DNA of 49,488 bases from Flavobacteria bacterium MS024-2A (lineage in GTDB: Bacteria > Bacteroidota > Bacteroidia > Flavobacteriales > Flavobacteriaceae): positions 1-49,488 of the forward strand of contig CAJJAB010000009.1 in NCBI GenBank assembly GCA_905181895.1. Reading direction: 5' to 3'. Made by a program: the position numbers and the translations under genes. Positions 18,135 through 27,878 of this stretch are shown here, piece after piece. The notes beneath the pieces were generated by a model. It was not told the origin of the DNA, ran no database searches, and saw only the letters and a program-made list of their open reading frames with translations. Within the stretch, counting starts at the first letter, position 1; every line of letters begins with the position of its first letter.

Positions 18135-19187
18135 TTGAATTGGACAAAAAAACTTCTTTTATGGTATTCAGAAAATAAGCGATCTTTTATATGGAGAACC
18201 ACCAAAGATCCCTATTCTATATGGCTTTCTGAAATTATTTTACAACAAACTAGAACATTACAAGGACTCCCATATTACGAAAAGTTTATGGTTGCTTTCC
18301 CTTCACTTTCGGATTTGGCTTCAGCAGAGGAAGATAAAGTTCTTAAGCTTTGGCAGGGTTTAGGATATTATTCTCGTGCACGAAATCTTCATTCTACGGC
18401 AAAATATATTCATTTTGATTGTAAAGGTATTTTCCCTTCCACTTTTAAAGGTTTAATGAAACTAAAAGGAGTTGGAGACTATACTGCAAGTGCTATTTCC
18501 TCTATTTGTTATGATATACCGGAGGCAGTTGTTGACGGGAATGTATATCGCTTTCTTTCTCGTTTTTTTGGTATAGAATCGCCGATAAATTCATCTATTG
18601 GTCACAAACAGTTTAAGGCAAAAGCAATGGAACTGATAGACCCAACTCAACCTGGAGAATTTAATCAAGCCCTAATGGAATTTGGAGCTATTCAATGCAC
18701 TCCTAGGTTACCAAACTGTTCAACTTGCCCTTTTATAAAAGATTGTATAGCGTTTAATCAAAATAAAATTCATTTATTTCCCGTAAAAACAAACAAAATA
18801 AAAAGGATCAATAAATATTTTAATTTCCTTGTAATTTCTGACCCTAAGGGAAGATATGTTATGGAACGACGAACAGAAAAAGGAATCTGGCAGCAGTTGT
18901 ATCAATTTCCTTTAGTGGAGTGTGAAAATAAAATCACGACTCCATCAGAATTGATTCAAAACTTTACATTATCAGATAACTATAGAAAAGAAATCGATAA
19001 AGCTAAACTTTGGAATAATAAACCTATTATTCACAAATTAAGTCACCAAACTCTTTTTATTAATTTTTGGATTTTAGAGTATGAAAATCTCTTGCCTGAG
19101 GGATACACTAAAAAAAGTCTCCAAAATTTAGCCGTACCTGTTGTAATTCAAAAGTTTATTGATAAATTTTTTACAATTGCAATCTGA
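18135..19187 (+). CDS. mutY: A/G-specific adenine DNA glycosylase
   Basis: Has HhH-GPD (LKGVGDYTASAI) and a 4Fe-4S loop CTPRLPNCSTCPFIKDC (C-x6-C-x2-C-x5-C), plus a C-terminal NUDIX-like domain. Start is TTG, with no nearby in-frame ATG. Confidence 0.9.
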   Translation: MNWTKKLLLWYSENKRSFIWRTTKDPYSIWLSEIILQQTRTLQGLPYYEKFMVAFPSLSDLASAEEDKVLKLWQGLGYYSRARNLHSTAKYIHFDCKGIFPSTFKGLMKLKGVGDYTASAISSICYDIPEAVVDGNVYRFLSRFFGIESPINSSIGHKQFKAKAMELIDPTQPGEFNQALMEFGAIQCTPRLPNCSTCPFIKDCIAFNQNKIHLFPVKTNKIKRINKYFNFLVISDPKGRYVMERRTEKGIWQQLYQFPLVECENKITTPSELIQNFTLSDNYRKEIDKAKLWNNKPIIHKLSHQTLFINFWILEYENLLPEGYTKKSLQNLAVPVVIQKFIDKFFTIAI

Positions 19188-19231
19188 TTTCATAAATTTA
19201 CCTTATCCAATTAATTTAAACCACTATTGCT

Positions 19232-19657
19232 ATGAGCGGAACGTTAAACAAAGTAATGTTAATTGGACATTTGGGTGATAATATAAAAATGCATTACTTC
19301 GACGGGGGTGGATCAATCGGGAGATTTCCATTAGCGACAAACGAATCATACGTTAATAAAACTTCTGGAGAAAAAATAACAAACACAGAATGGCATAACA
19401 TTGTGGTTCGAAATAAAGCGGCTGAAGTCTGTGAAAAATACCTTACAAAAGGAGACAAAATATACATTGAAGGGAGAATCAAAACAAGAAAGTGGACTGG
19501 AGAGGATGGAAACGACCGATATTCAACCGAGATCAATGTTAATGAATTTACTTTTCTTTCAACAAAAAAAGAAGCAGGCGAAGTATCATCATTGCTTCAA
19601 GCTAATTCCCCAAGTACAGGGGGAAATCCTACTGAAACCGATGATTTACCCTCTTAA
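19232..19657 (+). CDS. ssb: Single-stranded DNA-binding protein
   Basis: Has an OB fold (NKVMLIGHLG, TEWHNIVV, YIEGRIKTRKW) and an acidic tail ending TETDDLPS. Confidence 0.9.
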   Translation: MSGTLNKVMLIGHLGDNIKMHYFDGGGSIGRFPLATNESYVNKTSGEKITNTEWHNIVVRNKAAEVCEKYLTKGDKIYIEGRIKTRKWTGEDGNDRYSTEINVNEFTFLSTKKEAGEVSSLLQANSPSTGGNPTETDDLPS

Positions 19658-19668
19658 ATTTAAATTAT

Positions 19669-20985
19669 TTGGATCCTGACCCATTACTACTTTTGAGCTC
19701 CCTTTTTTTAATTGCTAACGTAGCTCTGATTCAACTGGGACTCACATTATTTTTGTTAATTTGCTCAGCACTTATTTCAGGGGCTGAGGTTGCTTTTTTT
19801 TCACTTCAACTAAAATCTCTAGAAGAATTATATGATACCGACAATGAAAACGAAGTAAAAAAAGTAATCGAGTTACTAAAAAAGCCTAAACGGTTGTTAG
19901 CAACTGTTTTAGTTGTAAATAATTTCATAAACATTGCGATTGTTCTTCTTTTTTCACTATTGAGCAAGGCCTTTCTTTCAGGAATTGAAAACCCTATCAT
20001 ACTGCTAATTATTGAAGTGGGGGTTATTACATTTATAATATTAATATTTGGTGAAATTTTGCCTAAAATTTATGCCAATAGAAATGCTCTTGCTTTTTCA
20101 AAAATGATGGCGCCTTTAATAATTATTCTAGATCAATATTTATTATTTTGGATTACTTACCCGATGAGCAGAACAACAACTTTTATTGAAAAACGTCTTG
20201 GTGATAAAGGAAATCAATTTTCGATTGACAAACTTTCACAAGCCCTGGAACTAACTGATGACGATGAAACCACTACTGATGAACAACGTATTTTGGAAGG
20301 GATAGTAAATTTCGGAAACACAGATACTCGTGAGGTCATGTGTCCTAGGATGGATATGTTTGCGTTATCTGATGATTTAACTATGGAAGAAATCATCCCT
20401 ATAATTTCTGAACAAGGATTTTCAAGAATTCCTGTCTACACCGAAAAGAAAGATACCATCAAAGGAATTCTCTATGTGAAAGACTTATTGCCTAATATTC
20501 ATTTGGAAAAGTTTCACTGGCAAAAACTGTTAAAGCAACCTCTTTATGTTCCTGAGAACAAAAAGCTTGATGATTTACTGAAAGAATTTCAGTTAAAGAA
20601 AAATCATCTTGCTATTGTTGTGGATGAATATGGGGGAACATCTGGGCTCATTACTTTGGAGGATATTATGGAGGAGATTGTAGGAGATATAAGTGACGAA
20701 TTTGACGAGGTAGATTCTAGTTATTCTAAACTAGATGATTTTAATTATTTGTTTGAGGCAAAAATAAGCTTAAAGGATTTTTTTAGAGTAATCAGGCGCG
20801 AAGAGACGGAAGAATTTGAATCTATTATAGGCGATTCAGAGACCCTTGCAGGACTATTACTTGAAATAACTAAAAAATTTCCCAAAAAGAAGCAGATTAT
20901 TAAATACGAAGGGTATTCCTTTTTAGTTGAGGAATTAGATCAAATGCGCATTACACAAGTAAAAGTAACCTTACCAAAAAAATAA
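19669..20985 (+). CDS. gldE: Gliding motility protein GldE (DUF21/CNNM - CBS pair - CorC_HlyC architecture)
   Basis: 438 aa. The N-terminal part has 4 TM helices, followed by a CBS pair and [25 protein letters not shown]. The conserved flavobacterial context mutY-ssb-gldE-gldD supports the call. TTG start. Confidence 0.8.
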   Translation: MDPDPLLLLSSLFLIANVALIQLGLTLFLLICSALISGAEVAFFSLQLKSLEELYDTDNENEVKKVIELLKKPKRLLATVLVVNNFINIAIVLLFSLLSKAFLSGIENPIILLIIEVGVITFIILIFGEILPKIYANRNALAFSKMMAPLIIILDQYLLFWITYPMSRTTTFIEKRLGDKGNQFSIDKLSQALELTDDDETTTDEQRILEGIVNFGNTDTREVMCPRMDMFALSDDLTMEEIIPIISEQGFSRIPVYTEKKDTIKGILYVKDLLPNIHLEKFHWQKLLKQPLYVPENKKLDDLLKEFQLKKNHLAIVVDEYGGTSGLITLEDIMEEIVGDISDEFDEVDSSYSKLDDFNYLFEAKISLKDFFRVIRREETEEFESIIGDSETLAGLLLEITKKFPKKKQIIKYEGYSFLVEELDQMRITQVKVTLPKK

Positions 20986-21533
20986 TGAGAGATTTTTCAG
21001 TAATGTTCCTTTTATTTTTTGTAATTACTTGTTCTTCAGATTCACAGCCCAAACCAACGGGTTACCTTCGTTTAGAATTCCCCAAAGCGCAGTATTCTAA
21101 CTTTGATGAATTGTCAGACTTTTCATTTGAATATAATACAGGCGCTCTTATCAAAGTGCGAAGTCAAATCACACCAAGAGTGGTCTATCCTGATATGAAG
21201 GCAACACTTTATCTCAATTATGTACCAGTTAAAAATAATTTAGATTCACTTCTTAATGATGCGTATAAGTTACCTTACAAGCATATTTCAAAAGCAGAAT
21301 CAATCCCTGAAAAGGTTTTTATTAACGATAAAAAGAGGGTATACGGAACCTTATTTACTGTAGTTGGAAATGCAGCTTCCCAGTATCAATTTTTTTTAAC
21401 AGATAGTGTAGATCATTTTTTAGTAGGCTCTTTATATTTCTATGCAAAACCAAATTTTGACTCTATTTATCCTGCAGCAGTTTATGTACAAGAGGACATA
21501 ATTCGCCTTATGGAAACTCTGAAGTGGAAGTAA
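20985..21533 (+). CDS. gldD: Gliding motility lipoprotein GldD
   Basis: 182 aa. Has a lipoprotein signal (LFFVITCSS) and KPTGYLRLEFP. The ATG overlaps the gldE TAA (TAATG). Confidence 0.75.
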   Translation: MRDFSVMFLLFFVITCSSDSQPKPTGYLRLEFPKAQYSNFDELSDFSFEYNTGALIKVRSQITPRVVYPDMKATLYLNYVPVKNNLDSLLNDAYKLPYKHISKAESIPEKVFINDKKRVYGTLFTVVGNAASQYQFFLTDSVDHFLVGSLYFYAKPNFDSIYPAAVYVQEDIIRLMETLKWK

Positions 21534-21540
21534 TTTAGAT

Positions 21541-21918
21541 TTAATTAAAAGATTCTAAACTAACAATTTCACTAACATCATATGCTTCTCCTGATTGATT
21601 AACAACTTTAGCAATTGAATTAATATTTAAGTGATGAGAGTCATAAACTATCCAAGCTGTTTTGGATTCAAAATTTACTGTTACAGAAGTAACACCAGAA
21701 GTTTTTTGTAAATTTTGTTCAATCTTTGCAGCACATCCAATAGCACAAGTCATTCCTTCTATAGTTACTTTTATAAATGCTTTTTCTGAAATAGGGAAGA
21801 TTTCAATTTTTGATTTTTGATTGGATTCAACAGTTATTAAATCAGGAGTAGTTGAATTTTTACAAGTTGTGAAAGTAAAACCTGTGAATAACAAAATTAT
21901 CAAAAGGGTATTTTTCAT
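21541..21918 (-). CDS. Lipoprotein with C-terminal heavy-metal-associated domain
   Basis: Has a signal peptide plus Cys (FTFTTCKN) and an HMA-like IEGMTCAIGCAAKIE. Note the C-x3-C spacing. Confidence 0.65.
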   Translation of the reverse strand: MKNTLLIILLFTGFTFTTCKNSTTPDLITVESNQKSKIEIFPISEKAFIKVTIEGMTCAIGCAAKIEQNLQKTSGVTSVTVNFESKTAWIVYDSHHLNINSIAKVVNQSGEAYDVSEIVSLESFN

Positions 21919-21989
21919 TTGGAATGATTTAAAATCATTTAAAAATACAAATTAAAGATATTTTTTTATTAAAATAGTTGATTTTTGTA

Positions 21990-22889
21990 ATGCTTATGAG
22001 TAATAGATTCAAGAAATGGTTTTATCTCATTGTTCTTTCAATGATCTGGGGAAGTTCTTACATATTGATAAAAAAGGGACTTGTGGGTTTAACACCCTTG
22101 CAATTGGGCTCAGTTCGTATTTTAGTCACTACTATAATTCTTTCTATTTTTGGCTGGAAAAAACTAAATAAAATTCCAGCTCCCGCCTGGAAATGGATCG
22201 TTTTTACCGGGTTTTTTGGTACTTTTTTTCCGAGTTATCTTTTTGCTTTTGCAGAGACTGTAATCGACAGTTCTGTTGCTGCTGTATTAAACGGAATGAC
22301 CCCACTGTTTACATTAGCTTTAGGAATTTTAGTTTTTGGATCTCATTTAAAATGGGGAAAAGTTGTAGGAGTTTTAATTGGCTTTGGAGGAACTTTAATT
22401 TTAGTTTCAAATGAATTTTCCATGAATACGGGATCAGACAGTTGGTATGCATTATTAATAGTTTTTGCAGCATTTTGTTATTCTATCAATGTAAATGTGA
22501 TTAAATATAAACTTCAGGGTGTGTCTGCTTTGGGAATTGCATTAGGAAATTTTTTAGTAATTTCTTTTCCTGCTATTTTTATACTTTTTATGTCTGACTT
22601 TCCTTGGGCATCAATTGGATCAAGTACAGCAGTAAATACTTCTTTAGGCTATATTTTTATTTTAGCTTTTTTTGGAACTGCCCTAGCCAAAGTAATGTTT
22701 AATGAATTGGTTTCTATTTCTTCCCCAGTATTTTCAATATCTATCACCTATCTATTGCCAATCGTAGCTATAGGCTGGGGAATTTTGGATGGTGAAAACT
22801 TTAGTCTTATTCAATGGATAGGATGTGCTTTTATTTTAACAGGTGTATATCTAGTTACAGAAAAAAAACGACTCAAAAAGGTTAGTTGA
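21990..22889 (+). CDS. EamA/DMT-family transporter
   Basis: About 10 TM helices in two repeated halves, with SSYILIKKG near the N-terminus. The start is uncertain (ATG 21990 or 21996; TTG 21978 in the track). Confidence 0.75.
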   Translation: MLMSNRFKKWFYLIVLSMIWGSSYILIKKGLVGLTPLQLGSVRILVTTIILSIFGWKKLNKIPAPAWKWIVFTGFFGTFFPSYLFAFAETVIDSSVAAVLNGMTPLFTLALGILVFGSHLKWGKVVGVLIGFGGTLILVSNEFSMNTGSDSWYALLIVFAAFCYSINVNVIKYKLQGVSALGIALGNFLVISFPAIFILFMSDFPWASIGSSTAVNTSLGYIFILAFFGTALAKVMFNELVSISSPVFSISITYLLPIVAIGWGILDGENFSLIQWIGCAFILTGVYLVTEKKRLKKVS

Positions 22890-22947
22890 TTAATAGAATA
22901 TTAAGATTTAGATAATTAAACATATAGGCTACACAGACCTTATTTAA

Positions 22948-22955
22948 TATATTTG
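22948..22955 (+). promoter_or_regulatory. Bacteroidota -7 promoter box for the M20 peptidase gene
   Basis: TATATTTG lies 22 nt upstream of ATG 22978. Confidence 0.4.
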
Positions 22956-22977
22956 AAAAGAACAAAAAACAAATCCA

Positions 22978-24396
22978 ATGCGATATATCTTCACACCAAC
23001 TTTTTTATTGTGCTTAAGTTTTGCTTTTGGCCAGGGACGATACAACCGAATATTAAATACGATAGATGAAAATAAGACTAACTATTCAAATATAGCACAG
23101 CAAATATGGTCTTATGCTGAAATGGGATTTCAAGAAAAAAATAGTAGTGCATTATTACAGAAAACACTTATGGACGAAGGCTTTGAAATTACTGAAGGGA
23201 TAGCTGAAATCCCTACTGCTTTTTTAGCTACTTTCGGTTCAGGAGGGCCTGTAATTGCAATTTTGGGTGAATTTGATGCTTTGCCAGGACTATCTCAAAA
23301 AGCACTTCCGTACAAATCTTCTAATGATGGAAATGCTGGCCATGCTTGTGGGCATCATTTATTTGGTACCGCCTCAGCTGCGGCCGCAATTGCATTGAAA
23401 AATTATTTAATTGCTGAAAATAAATCTGGAACGGTAAAATTTTATGGATGTCCTGCAGAGGAAGGAGGTTCTGGGAAAGTGTATATTACAAGAGCTGGAT
23501 TATTTGACGATGTTGATGTAGCCTTACATTGGCATGCTGACAGCAAAAATTCAGCGAGTATTCGTCCAGCACTAGCAAACAAATCAGCAAAGTTTAGATT
23601 CTATGGTATTTCTTCACATGCTGCTGGAGCTCCAGAAAAAGGGCGTTCCTCTCTAGATGCCGTTGAAGCAATGAACAATATGGTTAATATGATGCGGGAA
23701 CATACTTCGGAGAGCACCAGAATTCATTATGTAATTACACAAGGCGGAAAAGCACCTAACGTAGTTCCAGATTTTGCAGAAGTATATTATTATGCTCGTC
23801 ATGCCACTCGTGATGAAGTGGTTAATGTATTTGATCGTATTGTTAACGCTGCCAAAGGAGCTGCTCTAGGAACAGGAACTACGATGGAATATGAAATGAT
23901 TGGAGGAACTCACGAGTTATTACACAACGAAACTCTTCAGCGAATGGTTCATAAAAACTTAGAAACTATTGGGGGTTATGCCTATACTTTGGAAGAAAAA
24001 GCCTTTGCTGAAAAGATTTCTGAAAGTTTAGGAATACCCTTGAATACAGAATATACAGAGGGGATTGAGCCTTACAGCGACAATAGTAAAGCAGGAGGCT
24101 CTACCGATGTTGGCGATGTCAGCTTTGCTGTTCCAACGGTTGGGTTGCGTACTGCAACATGGGTACCAGGAACACCAGCTCACAGTTGGCAAGCTGTTGC
24201 AGCCGGAGGGACTGATATTGGAAACAAGGGAATGATGATAGCTGCAAAAACTCTTGCACTTACTGCAATGGAACTTATTGATAACCCAAAAATTATTTCG
24301 GCGGCCAAAGAAGAGTTTCTTCAAAAAAGAGGATTAGACTTTAAATATATTCCTATGTTAGGGAATCGTAAACCTGCATTAAATTATAGAAATTAA
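22978..24396 (+). CDS. M20-family amidohydrolase/peptidase (AbgB / aminoacylase-like), exported
   Basis: 472 aa with a signal peptide. Metal-ligand motifs are GHACGHH and PAEEGGSGK, and the HW..D segment is typical of the M20D amidohydrolases. Confidence 0.75.
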   Translation: MRYIFTPTFLLCLSFAFGQGRYNRILNTIDENKTNYSNIAQQIWSYAEMGFQEKNSSALLQKTLMDEGFEITEGIAEIPTAFLATFGSGGPVIAILGEFDALPGLSQKALPYKSSNDGNAGHACGHHLFGTASAAAAIALKNYLIAENKSGTVKFYGCPAEEGGSGKVYITRAGLFDDVDVALHWHADSKNSASIRPALANKSAKFRFYGISSHAAGAPEKGRSSLDAVEAMNNMVNMMREHTSESTRIHYVITQGGKAPNVVPDFAEVYYYARHATRDEVVNVFDRIVNAAKGAALGTGTTMEYEMIGGTHELLHNETLQRMVHKNLETIGGYAYTLEEKAFAEKISESLGIPLNTEYTEGIEPYSDNSKAGGSTDVGDVSFAVPTVGLRTATWVPGTPAHSWQAVAAGGTDIGNKGMMIAAKTLALTAMELIDNPKIISAAKEEFLQKRGLDFKYIPMLGNRKPALNYRN

Positions 24397-24400
24397 GATT

Positions 24401-25063
24401 ATGCGAGAGCTTTTTTTAGTAATAATTTTCAATATTAATTTTGGATATGCGCAGGTATTTAGTTTTATTTCTCAAGATGAGGGGGGAACATTAATTACGC
24501 ACCGAATTTTAATGGATTCAGAATATTTAATTGAAACACAATTTGTAGATGATCCTCCTCAATTTATTTTAACCAGAGGAGGATTTTATTCAAAAGATGG
24601 AAACACTTTTACAATCAATTTTGAATTCAATTCAAATCACACAAAAGATGGTCTGTTAAATCTACAATTAGTTTCAAATGGTAATTGGGAAGACTTTTCA
24701 AAAACACCTATTGATCTTAATGGAAAATGGCTTATGGCTGGCAGAGTTCGTGACAATGTGGAGCAAAGAAGAGATACATCCAGGCCCAGAAAAACGATGA
24801 AATTTCTAGTTAATGGTTTTTTTCAATGGATTGCATTTAACACAGAAACTTTTAAGTTTTTTGGATCAGGAGGTGGATACTATACAACCAAAGAAGGGAA
24901 GTATACCGAGCATATAGAATATTTTTCAAGGAATAATACTAGTGTAGGGAGAGTTTTACCTTTTGAGTATTCTATTTCAGGATCTGATTGGCATCATATG
25001 GGTTTTAGTAGTAAAGGAACTGCTATCCATGAAATTTGGTCTTGGAGAGTTGATAATGAATAA
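24401..25063 (+). CDS. Hypothetical exported protein
   Basis: 220 aa with a short signal-like N-terminus (...NINFGYAQ). No motif recognised. The 3' end overlaps the thiolase start by 8 nt (ATGAATAA). Confidence 0.5.
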   Translation: MRELFLVIIFNINFGYAQVFSFISQDEGGTLITHRILMDSEYLIETQFVDDPPQFILTRGGFYSKDGNTFTINFEFNSNHTKDGLLNLQLVSNGNWEDFSKTPIDLNGKWLMAGRVRDNVEQRRDTSRPRKTMKFLVNGFFQWIAFNTETFKFFGSGGGYYTTKEGKYTEHIEYFSRNNTSVGRVLPFEYSISGSDWHHMGFSSKGTAIHEIWSWRVDNE

Positions 25064-26237
25064 AGTTGTAATTGTTTCAGCAAAAAGAACTCCAATTGGG
25101 AGTTTCATGGGGGGCCTTTCAACAGTTCCAGCAACTGAATTGGGAAGTATAGCTATAAAAGCAGCTTTAGATGAAATTAAACTAAACCCAAATATTGTAG
25201 ATGAAGTTTTTATGGGCCATGTATTGCAAGCCGGAACAGGTCAAGCTCCAGCTCGACAAGCTGCGTTAGGAGCAGATATTCCCGATACAGTTCCTTGTAC
25301 AACAATTAATAAAGTGTGTTCCTCAGGAATGAAGTCTATTACTCTTGGAATTCAAGCTATCTCTTTAGGTGATGCCGAAATTGTTGTTGCTGGTGGAATG
25401 GAGAATATGAGTCTAAGTCCGCATTTAAGCCCTATCAGGAGAGGACAAAAGTTTGGAAGTATAACACTTCAAGATACGATGCAAATAGATGGTTTAACAG
25501 ACGCTTATGATGGAGTAGCGATGGGTGTTTTTGCTGATGCTTGTGCTGAAAAGTATAATATTTCAAGAGATGCTCAAGATATTTTTGCAATAGAATCTTA
25601 CAAGAGAAGTGCACAAGCTTGGCAACTTGGATCTTTTGATAATGAGTTTGTTCCGGTAGCAGTTCCTCAACGAAAAGGAAGCCCCATAATTATTGATCAA
25701 GACGAAGAATATAAGAATATTTCTCTTGATAAAATTTCAAAATTGCATCCAGCTTTTACAAAAGACGGAACGGTTACTGCCGCAAATGCTTCCTCGATAA
25801 ATGACGGCGCTGCTGCACTTATTCTTATGACTGAAAAAAAAGCAAAAACTTTAGGAATTAAACCATTAGCGTCTGTTTTAAGTTATGCCGATGCAGCTCA
25901 AGAGCCCAAATGGTTTACTACAGCTCCAGCAAAAGCCTTGCCGAAAGCTTTGGATAAAGCAGGAATTGATATTCAAGAGATTGATATTTTTGAACTAAAT
26001 GAAGCTTTTGCAGTAGTTGGGATTGCAAATGCTCAACTTTTAGAATTGTCACCTGAAAAAGTAAATCCTAACGGAGGAGCAGTTTCGTTGGGTCATCCAA
26101 TTGGTTGCTCTGGAGCAAGAATTGTTGTAACACTAATTCATGCTTTACAACAGCAGCAAAAAAAATACGGTGCCGCAGGAATTTGCAATGGCGGTGGAGG
26201 TGCAACAGCATTAATTCTTGAAAATAATTATGATTGA
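25056..26237 (+). CDS. Acetyl-CoA C-acetyltransferase (thiolase II)
   Basis: Starts MNKVVIVSAKRTPIGSF. Has active-site NKVCSSGMK, NEAFA, GHPIGCSGARI and CNGGGGA. The TTG 24963 extension is rejected. Confidence 0.93.
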   Translation: MNKVVIVSAKRTPIGSFMGGLSTVPATELGSIAIKAALDEIKLNPNIVDEVFMGHVLQAGTGQAPARQAALGADIPDTVPCTTINKVCSSGMKSITLGIQAISLGDAEIVVAGGMENMSLSPHLSPIRRGQKFGSITLQDTMQIDGLTDAYDGVAMGVFADACAEKYNISRDAQDIFAIESYKRSAQAWQLGSFDNEFVPVAVPQRKGSPIIIDQDEEYKNISLDKISKLHPAFTKDGTVTAANASSINDGAAALILMTEKKAKTLGIKPLASVLSYADAAQEPKWFTTAPAKALPKALDKAGIDIQEIDIFELNEAFAVVGIANAQLLELSPEKVNPNGGAVSLGHPIGCSGARIVVTLIHALQQQQKKYGAAGICNGGGGATALILENNYD

Positions 26238-27090
26238 CATTAATGCCTTAATATCACTATTAACTTTAGAACAAAAAGATACCCATCGTTTTATTGGTCA
26301 AAACTATAAGACCGCTTGGGGACGAGTTTTTGGCGGACAAGTTTTAGGTCAATCGTTACATGCCGCCTACCAAACAGTACCCAAAGATCGAATAGCCCAT
26401 TCTATGCATGGTTATTTTATTTTAGGAGGAGATATTAATATTCCTATAGAATATCATGTTGACGCAATTAGAGACGGGAAAAGTTTTACAACCAGAAGAG
26501 TTGTCGCGTTTCAAAAAGGGAAAGCTATTTTTAATATGGCAGCTTCTTTTCATCTAAAAGAGGAAGGAGTAGATCATCAAATCACCATGCCTAATGTTTT
26601 AACGCCAGAATTATTGCTTACGGATATTCAACAAGCAGAGGCTTTAAAGGTAAGTGATCCCGAACGCTTCGAACGTTTGATGAAAGCCCATCCTCAAATC
26701 TTTGAATTTAGACCTGTAGGGAAAGCTATATATTTAGAAAACAGAAATAGTTCACCACTTTCACATATCTGGTTTAAGACCAAAGAAAAAATAGTAGCGG
26801 ACATCTCTTTACAACATCAATTTCTTGCATTTGCTTCAGATTATAGTCTTCTTTTATCTGCCACCTTACCTCATAGAAAAGTATTAGAAAATGCAAAGAT
26901 GTATTATGCTAGTTTAGACCATGCATTATGGTTTCATAGGGATTTTAAAATCGATGATTGGTTATTGTATGCTATTGAAAGTCCAAGCGCTTCAAATGCC
27001 AGAGGATTTTCTAGAGGAAGTATCTTTGACAGATCAGGAAAAATGATTGCTTCTTCTTCTCAAGAAGGACTTATGCGTAAATACAATTAA
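26230..27090 (+). CDS. tesB: Acyl-CoA thioesterase II
   Basis: Double hot-dog, about 286 aa. Has FGGQVLGQSL, HSMHGYF, RDGKSFTTRRV and SLDHALWFH. The ATG overlaps the thiolase TGA (ATGATTGA). Confidence 0.85.
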   Translation: MIDINALISLLTLEQKDTHRFIGQNYKTAWGRVFGGQVLGQSLHAAYQTVPKDRIAHSMHGYFILGGDINIPIEYHVDAIRDGKSFTTRRVVAFQKGKAIFNMAASFHLKEEGVDHQITMPNVLTPELLLTDIQQAEALKVSDPERFERLMKAHPQIFEFRPVGKAIYLENRNSSPLSHIWFKTKEKIVADISLQHQFLAFASDYSLLLSATLPHRKVLENAKMYYASLDHALWFHRDFKIDDWLLYAIESPSASNARGFSRGSIFDRSGKMIASSSQEGLMRKYN

Positions 27091-27092
27091 CA

Positions 27093-27818
27093 ATGATTCT
27101 TAAATTTATAAAACTAACTGTACTGCTTTTTTTTCTCAGTTTTTCACTTAATGCTCAAGAGTATGAAAAGATAAATGGAGCTTGGAATGCTGTTTTTATT
27201 GATCATGGATTATCTGATAAAATCTCAATAAGAAGTGAATTTCATTTAAGAACAGTTTCCTTTTTGAGTGTATGGAATCAACAAATTTTTCGTCCCTCAA
27301 TATCTTTTAATACTTTAAAAAATATAAAGTGGTCTTTGGGCTATAGTTTGATTAAAAATTTTAACAGAGACATTACTGTCAGTCCTAGAGTTCGATTAGA
27401 GCATAATTTTTGGGAACAGCTTATTTATAATACTCCAACTAAAAAAGGTATGATTAGTTCACGTTTGCGCTTGGAGCATCGCTTCCTTGAAAATCTACCT
27501 CTACAAGAAGAGCGTTCTTTGAAAAGTTTTGATTTCGCCAGTCGAATTCGATATAGACTGAGCTATCAACATTTATTGACACCCCCAGGCACAAAAAGAC
27601 CGATTAATTTTGTTGCTTTTGATGAAGTTTTTATTTTCTTAAACCCTTCTGGAGTACCATTTCGTTTTAATCTAAATTGGACCTTTTTTGGACTTAAACT
27701 TCAGTTGAATAAGAAGATGGTATTAAGCTCAGGATTTCAAAAAAACACTCTTAAGGTGAATGATGACAATTATTTAAGTTTTCGTCTTTGGACTAATACT
27801 TTAATTTTTAAATTATAA
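27093..27818 (+). CDS. Putative outer-membrane beta-barrel protein (DUF2490-like)
   Basis: Has a signal peptide (LSFSLNAQE), alternating-residue beta strands, and a C-terminal ...NTLIFKL. The family name is from memory only. Confidence 0.5.
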   Translation: MILKFIKLTVLLFFLSFSLNAQEYEKINGAWNAVFIDHGLSDKISIRSEFHLRTVSFLSVWNQQIFRPSISFNTLKNIKWSLGYSLIKNFNRDITVSPRVRLEHNFWEQLIYNTPTKKGMISSRLRLEHRFLENLPLQEERSLKSFDFASRIRYRLSYQHLLTPPGTKRPINFVAFDEVFIFLNPSGVPFRFNLNWTFFGLKLQLNKKMVLSSGFQKNTLKVNDDNYLSFRLWTNTLIFKL

Positions 27819-27878
27819 TGAAGGCTATTTTGATTAAAAACTTCATAAAAATTCGTAGTTTAATAAAAAAATAAATTT

